Source: an uncultured bacterium (GTDB lineage Bacteria > Omnitrophota > Gorgyraeia > Zapsychrales > Aceulaceae). Taken from it: DNA of 64,000 nt. Below the pieces are notes generated by a model. The model was not told where the DNA came from. It did not search any database and saw nothing but the letters and a program-made list of their open reading frames with translations. The stretch covers positions 68,174 through 132,173 of the forward strand of contig CALGLP010000015.1 in NCBI GenBank assembly GCA_937930175.1. Reading direction: 5' to 3'. Of the stretch, positions 38,999-48,208 are shown piece by piece (the stretch's first letter is position 1; every line of letters begins with the position of its first letter). A program made the position numbers and the translations under genes.

Positions 38999-41899
38999 AT
39001 GTTAAACAATAAACACCAAAAAACAAAAAGATCCCTTCTTTTTTTAATCTTAGCTTTTCTTTTATCTATAGCATCTTTTAGTTTTGCCTCCTCGCCAGAA
39101 CTCAATATGGAGCTCGGGATCTTCCTTTACCAACAAGGTCACTACAATGAAGCTCTCCACGAATTTCAAGCCGCGCTTGAATGTGACCCTGGCAACCCTC
39201 AAGCGCTAAAATACATTCAGAAAACAGAGCGATCTTTACGCCCCACGGAAACAAAGGCTGCCAAGCAACCCTCTAAAAAACATATCCAAAAAACAAATCA
39301 ATCTCAAGCCGTCACTAACGCTCTTGACCAGCTGGAACAAAGTTATGCCGCTCAAAAACAGAATCGGCTAGCTACCTCAGAAAAGGCATCACAAAAAAAG
39401 AATACTAAAGCGGCCATTTCACCAACAACTCAAAGTCAAGAAACCAAAACCGTAACGACCCAAAATCTTGAAAAAACACCTAAAGAAACCTTGTCCGAAA
39501 AGCCTCTCTTGTTCGCATCTGACGAAAAGGATCCTCAAGGACAACCCCCTGCCGTCTCTATTCATGGTCATCTCCGTATGGGTTTTGGGTATGAAACAAG
39601 CGACGGTGGAGATTTTATTTGGGAACGCGCCAATTTTAATCTCAATGAAAAAAATTATCGTATAATCTCAGGGAGCGGGTTAAATAATCGCGAAAATACC
39701 TTTGATCCTGCGATCTATGATCGCCTAGAATTCTATATTGATGCAAAACCTCCTGAAACTCCTTTTTCTTTTCATACTAACATCGCCTTCGATCCCTGGA
39801 GCTATGTTGGAAAATCAGATAAAATACGCGTCCAAGGAACTGACGATTGGGCTGAAATACAACTTTTTTATAGTGGCAATACCGCCTACACCATGGGCCA
39901 ATATGTTAACACCTCGCTTAAAGGAGACATCATCGCCTTACCCGAGCTCAAAGTCGTTAACGGTCACGTTGCGGCAACAACACTCTACGGGAGAACCTAC
40001 GACCCTTGGCTGCCCAATGAGTTTGCTCTGCCCGACACTAAGATTAATACATGGTTTCAACCAATTCGAGAACTCTGGATGGATTATGAACCCAATGAAA
40101 CAATCAAGCTCCAGATCTTCCCTCTCGGCCTAGAAGACAAAGCCCTGACCACCGATGACCCTTTACGCTTATCCAACAATAAAACATGGTGGGAAGAAAG
40201 TCCATGGCTTGCCAGTTGGAAAAAAGGACAGTACAATCCCGATGTCACCGATGTGTGGGGATTTCCCACAACGCCTGATTTCACCAAAGGCGAATGGGAT
40301 GACACCCTAGCGTTTGCCACCCGAGATAGCGAAGCGAGACGATTAACAGCCCTGCGCGGGATCTCCGCAACATTCAACAAAGATGACACCGAAATAGAAG
40401 CAACCATTGCTTCTCCAAAAACCCTTTGGCAAGATTATGATAACGTAGATGCCCTAGCCACAAGTGCGCGCGCTAAACAACATCTTTCAGATCAATTTTA
40501 TATTGGAACGCTTGCTAATGCCCACCTGGGATTCTTCAAGCAAGACATTGACAGCTACAATCTTGTCACGGCTTATGACGCGGGGTTCATGCTTAGCCCT
40601 GGATCAAAATTATCAGCCGAATATGCTTTTTCCTTTACCAAACAAGACTTAAGCAATAATACCTACGAATCGCAAATGAGAGGCTCTGGATACGACATGC
40701 AATGGATCAGTACATCCTCTGCTTTAGCTAGGGCTGATCAAGACTATTTCAGCATTCAACCCAGCCAAGACGAATCAACCTTTTACAAAACAATCTTGCG
40801 CATGTCACGCATGGACCAAGGCTTTCGCTCAAGCCTTTCCACGTATCTCGAGACTCGTGATGATGAATACTGGAGCCGCCACATCACCTTTCGCGAACCT
40901 ATGCAATTTGCTGACGGGTTTGGCTATGAGGACATCGATCCCTTCCGCATCGGCAACGGCATCGACTACGACCGCTATGTAATAAATTGGCGATCTGACT
41001 TTTCCTTCTGGAATGAAGAAATCAAGGCCCTAACAGACATTCGCAATGTTCATCAGGCCTCAACCGACAAATACGTGGAAACGGTTGCCCGAACAGAATG
41101 GGGCTGGAACCCCATGGATCGCCTAGAAACAAAAGCCTTGCTTTTAGCGCACCACCTTCCTTCAACAACAGAAGGTTATGACCCCTTCATCGCTGATGCC
41201 TACGGCAACCCCATTGACAATGACGCTATTATAGGCGGAGAAGATGCTAGCTTGTACACAGGTTCTTTAGGTTTAAAATACTGGCTCACCCAATGGCTAG
41301 CCTGGGAGGGGACCTGGGAGAGGACAAATGATTTTACCGTCGCAACGAACAACTACCCTCGAGGCATCTTTAATGAATTAAGTGTCGCAACCTACGAATC
41401 CTACGGCAATATTTATCGTAAGGATTATGCTTTTCTTTACAGCCAGGGATACTTTCCTCTGCCTCCTTATGAATATCACAACATTTTCCGCACAGGCCTC
41501 ACGTTTAAACCAAGCGAGAAATGGAATGTCTATCTTGATTACACGCGCAATCCTTATGAATTCGCAGGCCCCATGGATGACAACCTCAATCACGTTGGAC
41601 TTGCTGTCGCTTATATGCCAACATCAAAACTTCATATGTACATGAAATATACCTGGAGCCGCTGCCATAGCATTAATGATCTGCTCAATAACAATGGTCA
41701 GGTCAAATTTGAAAGCCACCACAATGTCTTTTTTGAAACCCAATACCTCTTTAAAGATGACAGCCGCATAACAGGCTCTTTTGGCGTAGGACCATCTCTC
41801 TATTCCGGCTATGCCGCTTCCACGCCGTTTGCAGGCAGCACAACGCCAACCCTGGATACGCAAAAAATTATCCGGATCTTCTATACAAAAAACTTTTAG
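38999..41899 (+). CDS. Large putative outer-membrane β-barrel protein with an N-terminal TPR and a Q/K/T-rich linker
   Basis: Signal peptide (LLFLILAFLLSIASFSFA) and one TPR (YQQGHYNEALHEFQAALECDPGNPQA). Then about 780 aa rich in Y/W/G/N/D with alternating β-strand patterns. C-terminal ...IRIFYTKNF ends in Phe, the β-barrel assembly signal. Confidence 0.5.
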   Translation: MLNNKHQKTKRSLLFLILAFLLSIASFSFASSPELNMELGIFLYQQGHYNEALHEFQAALECDPGNPQALKYIQKTERSLRPTETKAAKQPSKKHIQKTNQSQAVTNALDQLEQSYAAQKQNRLATSEKASQKKNTKAAISPTTQSQETKTVTTQNLEKTPKETLSEKPLLFASDEKDPQGQPPAVSIHGHLRMGFGYETSDGGDFIWERANFNLNEKNYRIISGSGLNNRENTFDPAIYDRLEFYIDAKPPETPFSFHTNIAFDPWSYVGKSDKIRVQGTDDWAEIQLFYSGNTAYTMGQYVNTSLKGDIIALPELKVVNGHVAATTLYGRTYDPWLPNEFALPDTKINTWFQPIRELWMDYEPNETIKLQIFPLGLEDKALTTDDPLRLSNNKTWWEESPWLASWKKGQYNPDVTDVWGFPTTPDFTKGEWDDTLAFATRDSEARRLTALRGISATFNKDDTEIEATIASPKTLWQDYDNVDALATSARAKQHLSDQFYIGTLANAHLGFFKQDIDSYNLVTAYDAGFMLSPGSKLSAEYAFSFTKQDLSNNTYESQMRGSGYDMQWISTSSALARADQDYFSIQPSQDESTFYKTILRMSRMDQGFRSSLSTYLETRDDEYWSRHITFREPMQFADGFGYEDIDPFRIGNGIDYDRYVINWRSDFSFWNEEIKALTDIRNVHQASTDKYVETVARTEWGWNPMDRLETKALLLAHHLPSTTEGYDPFIADAYGNPIDNDAIIGGEDASLYTGSLGLKYWLTQWLAWEGTWERTNDFTVATNNYPRGIFNELSVATYESYGNIYRKDYAFLYSQGYFPLPPYEYHNIFRTGLTFKPSEKWNVYLDYTRNPYEFAGPMDDNLNHVGLAVAYMPTSKLHMYMKYTWSRCHSINDLLNNNGQVKFESHHNVFFETQYLFKDDSRITGSFGVGPSLYSGYAASTPFAGSTTPTLDTQKIIRIFYTKNF

Positions 41900-41914
41900 A
41901 AAATCTTTTTTGAA

Positions 41915-44332
41915 TTAACCTAGAATAACACGAACCTGATGGGTCTTGCCATCGTTAAAGACAGGCAAGAGATTGCCGTCAAGGGCACGGCCATCAAGAA
42001 AGACTTCCTTGACACCGTGTTCTTTGCCATGAGGATTTTCAATCGTAATGGCATAAACACTTCCTCGAAATGGCCGACGGACAAAACACGTCTTCCAGGC
42101 GCGAGGAATGGAGGGATCGATACGAAGACCGTTATATTCTCGGCGCGCACCTAAAAGCCATTCGGTGGCGCACATAAAATTCCAACCCGCTGTCCCCGTA
42201 ATCCATGTAAACGCTCCTTCACCATAGCGATAAGGATTTTGAGGGCCAACCAAATACTCCGCATAGGCATAGGGTTCAGCCTTGTAAAGGTCCATATCTT
42301 TTTGCGCGTTAGGCATAATCTTCTTCATTGCTTCATAGGCTTTATCGCCATGCCCAATGGTCGCGTAAGCCACCGCCATAAATGTAGCCGCGTGACAAAA
42401 AACCGCCGCATTCTCCTTGGTCCCTTCCGAAAACATACTGATGCGTCCCAAGCGCTTAACCCAAGACGAAAAAGCTGGATAAAAAAGCGCGAGCCCATGC
42501 TGACCGTTAAGATAACGATCAACATTCTTCAAAATCGTTTTGAGGCGTTGATCTCTCGCCACACCAGAAAGGATCGCCCAGGCCTGAGTATTGAGGAAAA
42601 TCTTTCCCTCTTTATCTTTGTGGCTGCCGTACACTTGCCCTTGATCATCAAAACCACGCGAATACCACGCCCCATCCCATCCCTTATCATTGATACGCTT
42701 ATCCATCACATCCGCCATTTGAGAATATTTTCGTGCCTTTTCTTTTTCACCAATAAATTCACAAAGGTCAACGAGCATCTTAAGCGATCGCACCAGAGCC
42801 TGCGCCAACCACACGCTATCACCCTTATGCTTAATACCAGCAGCGTCAATAGCATCGTTCCAATCCGCATGGCCAATCAACGGAAATCCCCGCGCGCCCG
42901 TATCCGAAAAACAAAACGTCAAATTCTTTTCCAAGTGTTCCAGGAGCGTTCCTGTGCCATCTTCTTGAGCTGGACCTTTCCAATTCTTATTTTCATGCCA
43001 GCCATCAATCCATCGGTCTTTAATGTAGGCGATCTTTTCCTGCAGGATACCGGTATCTCCCGTCTCCTTGATATACGCACACACTGTTGCGGTAAGCCAC
43101 ACCTGATGATCTTTGTTGGGTAAAAATTTATGTGGACCAACGGTGTCTGACCAGCCCGGAGCGCAAGTCCCATCTCGACGGATAAGAGAGGCCAATTTTA
43201 AGATTTTTTGGCGTGTTAAATCAGGATTAATTGATGCGATCGATTCAGAATCTTGGCACGAGTCTCGATATCCGCGGCCGCCAGATCCTTCATGAAAGAA
43301 GCTGGGAGAGCGGGACCAGGTATTGCAAACATACATTTGGTATTTCAACCAAACATTGACGATCGTATTAAAATCTGCATCCGGTGTCTTAACCTCAATA
43401 TTCCCTAAAATTCTTTTTCGCCATAAAGCCTTGGTTGCTTCAAACTCTTTTTTAGCCTTCGCGATATTTTTATATTTTGCCAAAAGAGTTTTGATGGAGC
43501 CAACCTTTTCGGTCTGCCCCAAAACAACTGTAAATTCAACGCTTTGCCCTGGCTTAAGATGAACCACATGCTTAAAAGAGCCAATCCCGTCTTCGCCAGA
43601 ACACAGCGGAAAATCTTTAAAATGACCGTCGACAACAGCCTCAGGCTTTTCTTCCGAATTATAGCGTCCTAAAAAACTTCGTTTATGCGTGCACGCTCCC
43701 TTAGGCTCAAGGGAGGAGGCAAAAAAGATCAAACTCGCAAAGGGCTGAATATTCATTCCTTGCCACTGCGCTGTCTTTTTAGCAAAAATAGCTTTTTGTT
43801 TCTTATCAAACCAGATGCGGTTATAAAGATTCATGATATTGCGATAGCGCAACTCTTCATGATAATCCCCAATCAAAAATTCAACATACGGAAAAATTTC
43901 TACCGTCTTGGCCTTGTTCGTCGTGTTCGTCACAGTGGCAAGCCAGACTTCACAATCATCATGCTCGGGAACAAAATAACTGACGTCTGATTTGACGCCA
44001 TAATACGTTGACTGAATCGTTGTGTACCCTAATCCGTGGTGGCAGGCATAGGCAGAGGGTTTTTTGCGCATCGGCTGATACGTCGCGGACCAGGCCTTCT
44101 TGCCCTCGCGCATAAAAAGATATTTTCCAGGCCGATCAAGATGATAATTTTCAGGAAGCCAGCGCGTCACGCGATTGGTTCGGCAATCTTTATAAAAACT
44201 GTATCCGCCGGCACACTGGGAAATAATCGAGCAATACCGATCGTTAGTTAAATAATTGATCCACGGATAAGGGGTTTGAGGAGACGTAATGATGTATTCT
44301 GAGCTGTCCGGAGAAAAATGGCCATATGACAT
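41915..44332 (-). CDS. GH94-family glycoside phosphorylase (cellobiose/cellodextrin/laminaribiose phosphorylase-like)
   Basis: The N-terminus MSYGHFSPDSSEYIITSPQTPYPWINYL matches the conserved GH94 start M-x-F-G-x-F-D...EY-x-I-x-x-P-x-TP-x-PW-x-NYL. 805 aa, with an (α/α)6 catalytic region. Confidence 0.7.
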   Translation of the reverse strand: MSYGHFSPDSSEYIITSPQTPYPWINYLTNDRYCSIISQCAGGYSFYKDCRTNRVTRWLPENYHLDRPGKYLFMREGKKAWSATYQPMRKKPSAYACHHGLGYTTIQSTYYGVKSDVSYFVPEHDDCEVWLATVTNTTNKAKTVEIFPYVEFLIGDYHEELRYRNIMNLYNRIWFDKKQKAIFAKKTAQWQGMNIQPFASLIFFASSLEPKGACTHKRSFLGRYNSEEKPEAVVDGHFKDFPLCSGEDGIGSFKHVVHLKPGQSVEFTVVLGQTEKVGSIKTLLAKYKNIAKAKKEFEATKALWRKRILGNIEVKTPDADFNTIVNVWLKYQMYVCNTWSRSPSFFHEGSGGRGYRDSCQDSESIASINPDLTRQKILKLASLIRRDGTCAPGWSDTVGPHKFLPNKDHQVWLTATVCAYIKETGDTGILQEKIAYIKDRWIDGWHENKNWKGPAQEDGTGTLLEHLEKNLTFCFSDTGARGFPLIGHADWNDAIDAAGIKHKGDSVWLAQALVRSLKMLVDLCEFIGEKEKARKYSQMADVMDKRINDKGWDGAWYSRGFDDQGQVYGSHKDKEGKIFLNTQAWAILSGVARDQRLKTILKNVDRYLNGQHGLALFYPAFSSWVKRLGRISMFSEGTKENAAVFCHAATFMAVAYATIGHGDKAYEAMKKIMPNAQKDMDLYKAEPYAYAEYLVGPQNPYRYGEGAFTWITGTAGWNFMCATEWLLGARREYNGLRIDPSIPRAWKTCFVRRPFRGSVYAITIENPHGKEHGVKEVFLDGRALDGNLLPVFNDGKTHQVRVILG

Positions 44333-44458
44333 AAGCTATCCTTAGAAAGTTTTAGGTTGGTTAAATAGGTAAATCGAGAAAGGAGTTTAACACGCAGGAT
44401 TTTGAAAATCAAGATTTTATTTGTGGTTTTTCTTGAAAGAATCGGGAGAGGCTTGAGA

Positions 44459-44779
44459 CTAAAACCCTCCAATCTGTTTAGCCTGCAGAAGATCAACTCT
44501 ATCAAATTTGATGCCCGCATGCCAGGCCTTGGAGCCATCTTGACCTGTCCAAACAACATGGCCATCCATACTCAAGGGAGTCAAACGCTGAGAAATAAAG
44601 GACACTGTCAATCGATCAAAAAGAGAAAGTCGTTGCGTAGTTAAAATCTTGATTCCTTCAGGAGAGAAATTCTTGATAAGAATATCATGATGTTCAGGGA
44701 TGTCTTGTTTCTTAAGCCTTCCCGGGAAACGAACTTCAACACGATCAAAAAGACGTTGACTCTCCGCCTTCTGCGTCAA
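44459..44779 (-). CDS. PilZ domain protein (c-di-GMP binding), single-domain
   Basis: RLFDR (RxxxR) and NFSPEGIKI (D/NxSxxG) motifs. TTG start with a GAGAAAG RBS; the start is uncertain. Confidence 0.6.
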   Translation of the reverse strand: MTQKAESQRLFDRVEVRFPGRLKKQDIPEHHDILIKNFSPEGIKILTTQRLSLFDRLTVSFISQRLTPLSMDGHVVWTGQDGSKAWHAGIKFDRVDLLQAKQIGGF

Positions 44780-44813
44780 ATGATCTTTCTCTTTCCCCGT
44801 GGCTTTGAATACT

Positions 44814-45128
44814 TTAGGACTTAAAATGCTGTTCGATCCGTGACTGAGCGTCTACGGAAATATCAGAAAAATTCATACCAATGCGAAAACTTGGCGTATG
44901 AGGGATCTTTTCAACCCACTTCACGCGACCTTGAACGAGAACTGGATGCTCTTCGCGCGACAAAGCAAGCTCAACCATAAGCTTGCTATTAATCGGAATA
45001 AAACGAGCAGAAATAAATCCTACTCCTGTACGGCTAATGTCAATCGTACGGCTGCTGCTTAAAGTCTCTCGGCGCTCATCCATAAGCGGAACGCAGCATT
45101 CATGTCTTGTATTTTCGCGTTTATTCAT
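44814..45128 (-). CDS. PilZ domain protein (c-di-GMP binding), single-domain
   Basis: RENTR (RxxxR) and DISRTGVGF (DxSxxG) motifs. Confidence 0.65.
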   Translation of the reverse strand: MNKRENTRHECCVPLMDERRETLSSSRTIDISRTGVGFISARFIPINSKLMVELALSREEHPVLVQGRVKWVEKIPHTPSFRIGMNFSDISVDAQSRIEQHFKS

Positions 45129-45302
45129 ATAAAAAGTGTTTTTAAGACCCTACCCCTTAGAATGGAATCCCCTAACTACGTTAAATATAACACATCTTTT
45201 CTTGATAATCAAGGCGTTCAGAGAAAAAATTTAAAGGATTTTTGGATTGAAGGACCCAATAAGATATGATATATTTATGCATTATTAAAAAACCCTCAAG
45301 GA

Positions 45303-45548
45303 ATGATCATGACCAGCGAAACAAAGCCATCTGAAGAAAAGAAAAAACCCCTGCCTCCCGGTATTGAACAAATCGGACTCAAACAATACAAAGAATTACA
45401 CAAACGAGAGCTTGAAAAACGGCACAGCGATAAAAAAACATCCAAAACTGTTGATAACATCACGCAAATCATCATGATAATTGTGGCGCTTCCCCTTTTG
45501 GGATTAATCATTTACTTTGCCTTCTGTTTCTTATTGCCACCAAAATAA
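45303..45548 (+). CDS. Small tail-anchored membrane protein, hypothetical
   Basis: AAGGAA RBS. Charged N-terminus, then a C-terminal TM (IIMIIVALPLLGLIIYFAFCFLL). Confidence 0.4.
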   Translation: MIMTSETKPSEEKKKPLPPGIEQIGLKQYKELHKRELEKRHSDKKTSKTVDNITQIIMIIVALPLLGLIIYFAFCFLLPPK

Positions 45549-45577
45549 AAAAACCTTACGCTTCACCCCTCCCAACC

Positions 45578-45898
45578 CTACAAAACAGGTTGATAAAGCA
45601 ATAAAAACATCTGATCCGCAAGATCATCTCTCCCCATGCGCCGCAAGATTGCGATTTCTTTTTGAACCTTTTCTTTTTCTTTGGTCGAAATATAAACTGT
45701 ACCTAAATACCAGTGATGTTCTGCAACATTGGGCTCAAGCGCGATCATCTCCTGATAAAGCTGCTCAGCTTTCTTGAAATTCCCATTGTTCACGGCCATC
45801 GCCGCCTGAGTTGCCAAAAATCCAGATTTGATCTTACTGCAAGAACAAAGAGAAAAACTCATCGCGACAACAAGAAAAATAAATGCAAAACGTTTCAT
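45578..45898 (-). CDS. TPR-like small lipoprotein
   Basis: Lipobox FSLCSCS. Contains a TPR (AEQLYQEMIALEPNVAEHHWYLGTVY). Confidence 0.5.
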   Translation of the reverse strand: MKRFAFIFLVVAMSFSLCSCSKIKSGFLATQAAMAVNNGNFKKAEQLYQEMIALEPNVAEHHWYLGTVYISTKEKEKVQKEIAILRRMGRDDLADQMFLLLYQPVL

Positions 45899-46065
45899 TT
45901 TTTGTCCTTTCGTTCATTGCTTAAATATCATTATAGCGAATCCCCCCAACTTGACAATACGTTTCAAGCGCACATTTCAAATGCCAGCAGGATGATTAAA
46001 ATATCTTCCTCCCGCGCTTGATTCAAGGCCAGGCTTACGTTATAGTGAACATAAAGGAGGCTTTC

Positions 46066-46803
46066 ATGGAACTCTTTAATCAAGCAGATATCGTCGCTCT
46101 TCTTATTATCCTTTATTTTACGTGTTTTGGCTGGGTCTTAGGGATCATGCCTTTTTTGCTAGGCTTTGCCTCGTTCTTTGTAAGTAGCCACGTTGCATTT
46201 TCCTATTTTCAAGGAACTCAAAACATTCTTGAAAGCTTAAAAATCTTTCTTGCCTTATCCGCGGCCACGCTCATTCTTGCCTGGATAGGGTTGGCCTTGT
46301 GGAATAAAATCGTCGTTAAGTCAAAGCTCTGTCATCCTTTAAGCCGATGCCTGGGAGCCACCGTTGGTTTTTGCTGGGCTTTTTCCCTATCAGCCTCCAT
46401 CATGCTGGCCTTCGTTCTCATTCCTAGCGATCAGCCTTTTTTTCAGAAAACAAAAAAACTGTCTGAAACGTCTTACCTTTACACGTTCGTTGAAAGCCGT
46501 TTTTTATCAAACTATCCTCTTTATCAAACGCTTAAAAAACTTTATGAACAGCCCCCGTCGAACCTCGAATCGCAAGCCGCAACCATCAACATCGAAGAAA
46601 TCATCTCCCCAGAAAATATTGAGGCTATTCAACAAAACAAAAACATCCAAGCTATTATTGCAGACGAGCAGATCAAAGACATGATTGAGAACAAAGACTT
46701 CGGAGGCTTGCTCTCAAACCCCAAGATCAAAGACTTGCTTCAGGACAAAGAATTTATGGATAAGCTCTTGAAGGTGTATAGCGGGATGGCAACCAAACGG
46801 TAG
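46066..46803 (+). CDS. CvpA-family membrane protein
   Basis: GGAGG RBS. N-terminal MELFNQADIVALLIILYFTCFGWVLG plus 3-4 TM helices typical of CvpA. Extended C-terminal soluble tail. Confidence 0.45.
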   Translation: MELFNQADIVALLIILYFTCFGWVLGIMPFLLGFASFFVSSHVAFSYFQGTQNILESLKIFLALSAATLILAWIGLALWNKIVVKSKLCHPLSRCLGATVGFCWAFSLSASIMLAFVLIPSDQPFFQKTKKLSETSYLYTFVESRFLSNYPLYQTLKKLYEQPPSNLESQAATINIEEIISPENIEAIQQNKNIQAIIADEQIKDMIENKDFGGLLSNPKIKDLLQDKEFMDKLLKVYSGMATKR

Positions 46804-46807
46804 CGGT

Positions 46808-48208
46808 TTATTTTCCAATACAGAATGAAGAAAAGATTTTATCTAAAAGATCTTGGTTGATATTTTTACCCGTGATTTGATCAAGATGGTCAATCGCAAT
46901 CTTAAGCTCTTCCGATATAAATTCAAAGGATAGTTTTTCTAAGAAATATTTTTCCGCCCTGATCACGGCGCTCAAGCATTGATCCAAGGATTCGATTTGC
47001 CGAAGATTGCTCACGATCAGGCGGCCGGGTTCAAAGGGATGGCCTGCGAGAACCGCGGCAACCATGTGACTCTTAAGCTCCTCAATATGGTGCTGATAAA
47101 GCGCTGAAATGGACACGTGCTCGCCGACGGGAAGAAAGGCTCGCAACTCACGGGGATCAGCGACGATGCCACGATCGCTTTTATTAAAAACAAGAAGAAC
47201 TTTTTTCCCTTGCAAATCCTTAGCGATCTTTTGATCTTGGGCATCTAGAGGCCGTGATCCGTCCATCAACAAAAGAATCAGATCCGCGTGTTCGATGTTG
47301 TCATGGCTTCGACGCACAGCTTCTTGTTCGATCTCATCACGCGGTTCTAAAAGCCCCGCAGTATCAATAAGCTGGACTGGAAGATCCTCAATCTGCGTCC
47401 ACTCTTCGATCGTGTCACGGGTCGTGCCTTCGACCGCGCTCACGATCGCGCGAGGTTGACGCAACAGCGTATTAAGTAAAGACGACTTACCAACATTGGG
47501 TTTCCCGCAGATCACAATCCGAACCCCCTCTTTAAGGATCTTCCCTTGGTAACGAGAGGCCAGAAGGCGTTCAACTCTTTGCTTGGCGTCAAGAACTTTT
47601 TGACTCAGCTCCGTTTGCTGCGAAGCCACAAGGTCATCCTCGGGAAAATTAACGATCGCCTCTAACTCCGTGTACACCTCCATCAAGGCCTCCCGAATGG
47701 CCTCAAGCTCAAGAAGCAAATCACCTTTCAGCTGTTGCACGCCGACCTTTAAAAACGATTCGGTCTTTGCCTGAATAATATCTTGTACAGCCTCAGCCTG
47801 CGTTAGATCCATGCGCCCATTTAAAAAAGCCCTTTGGGTAAATTCTCCGGGGCCAGCAAGGCGCGCCCCCTGTTGCAGGGCTAACTCCAAAATCTTGCGC
47901 ACAACGATCAAGCCGCCATGGCAACTGATCTCAACAACATCTTCACAGGTGTAACTTTGCGGCGCCTTCATCACCGTCAGAAGAACCTCATCGATAATCT
48001 CCTCGCGCTCGCCCTGGCGATGGACAATTCTCCCATAATGAACACTGTGTGTTTGAAAGTCTGAAGGTCGACACGCTCGGGCACTGACAAAAAGAGCATC
48101 GGCAATCGCCAAAGCCTTTTTCCCGCTCACGCGTACAAGACCGATACCTCCCTGACCTACGGGAGTAGCAATAGCGGCAATCGTGTCCTCTAAATTTTGG
48201 ATCGACAT
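46808..48208 (-). CDS. mnmE: tRNA modification GTPase MnmE (TrmE)
   Basis: G-domain (GKPNVGKSSLLN, DTAG) and the C-terminal CIGK motif. Confidence 0.95.
   Translation of the reverse strand: MSIQNLEDTIAAIATPVGQGGIGLVRVSGKKALAIADALFVSARACRPSDFQTHSVHYGRIVHRQGEREEIIDEVLLTVMKAPQSYTCEDVVEISCHGGLIVVRKILELALQQGARLAGPGEFTQRAFLNGRMDLTQAEAVQDIIQAKTESFLKVGVQQLKGDLLLELEAIREALMEVYTELEAIVNFPEDDLVASQQTELSQKVLDAKQRVERLLASRYQGKILKEGVRIVICGKPNVGKSSLLNTLLRQPRAIVSAVEGTTRDTIEEWTQIEDLPVQLIDTAGLLEPRDEIEQEAVRRSHDNIEHADLILLLMDGSRPLDAQDQKIAKDLQGKKVLLVFNKSDRGIVADPRELRAFLPVGEHVSISALYQHHIEELKSHMVAAVLAGHPFEPGRLIVSNLRQIESLDQCLSAVIRAEKYFLEKLSFEFISEELKIAIDHLDQITGKNINQDLLDKIFSSFCIGK

Noticed and set aside
42239-43123. 294-aa plus-strand ORF antisense to the GH94 gene. 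Similar long antisense or alternate-frame ORFs include 3304..3609, 4027..4428, 4463..4774, 33269..33652, 34218..34817 and 59051..60732
   Set aside because: They fully overlap genes with strong family-level motif support on the other strand. Their translations are Arg/Ser/Pro-rich, typical of antisense frames. Several simply mirror intragenic repeats.
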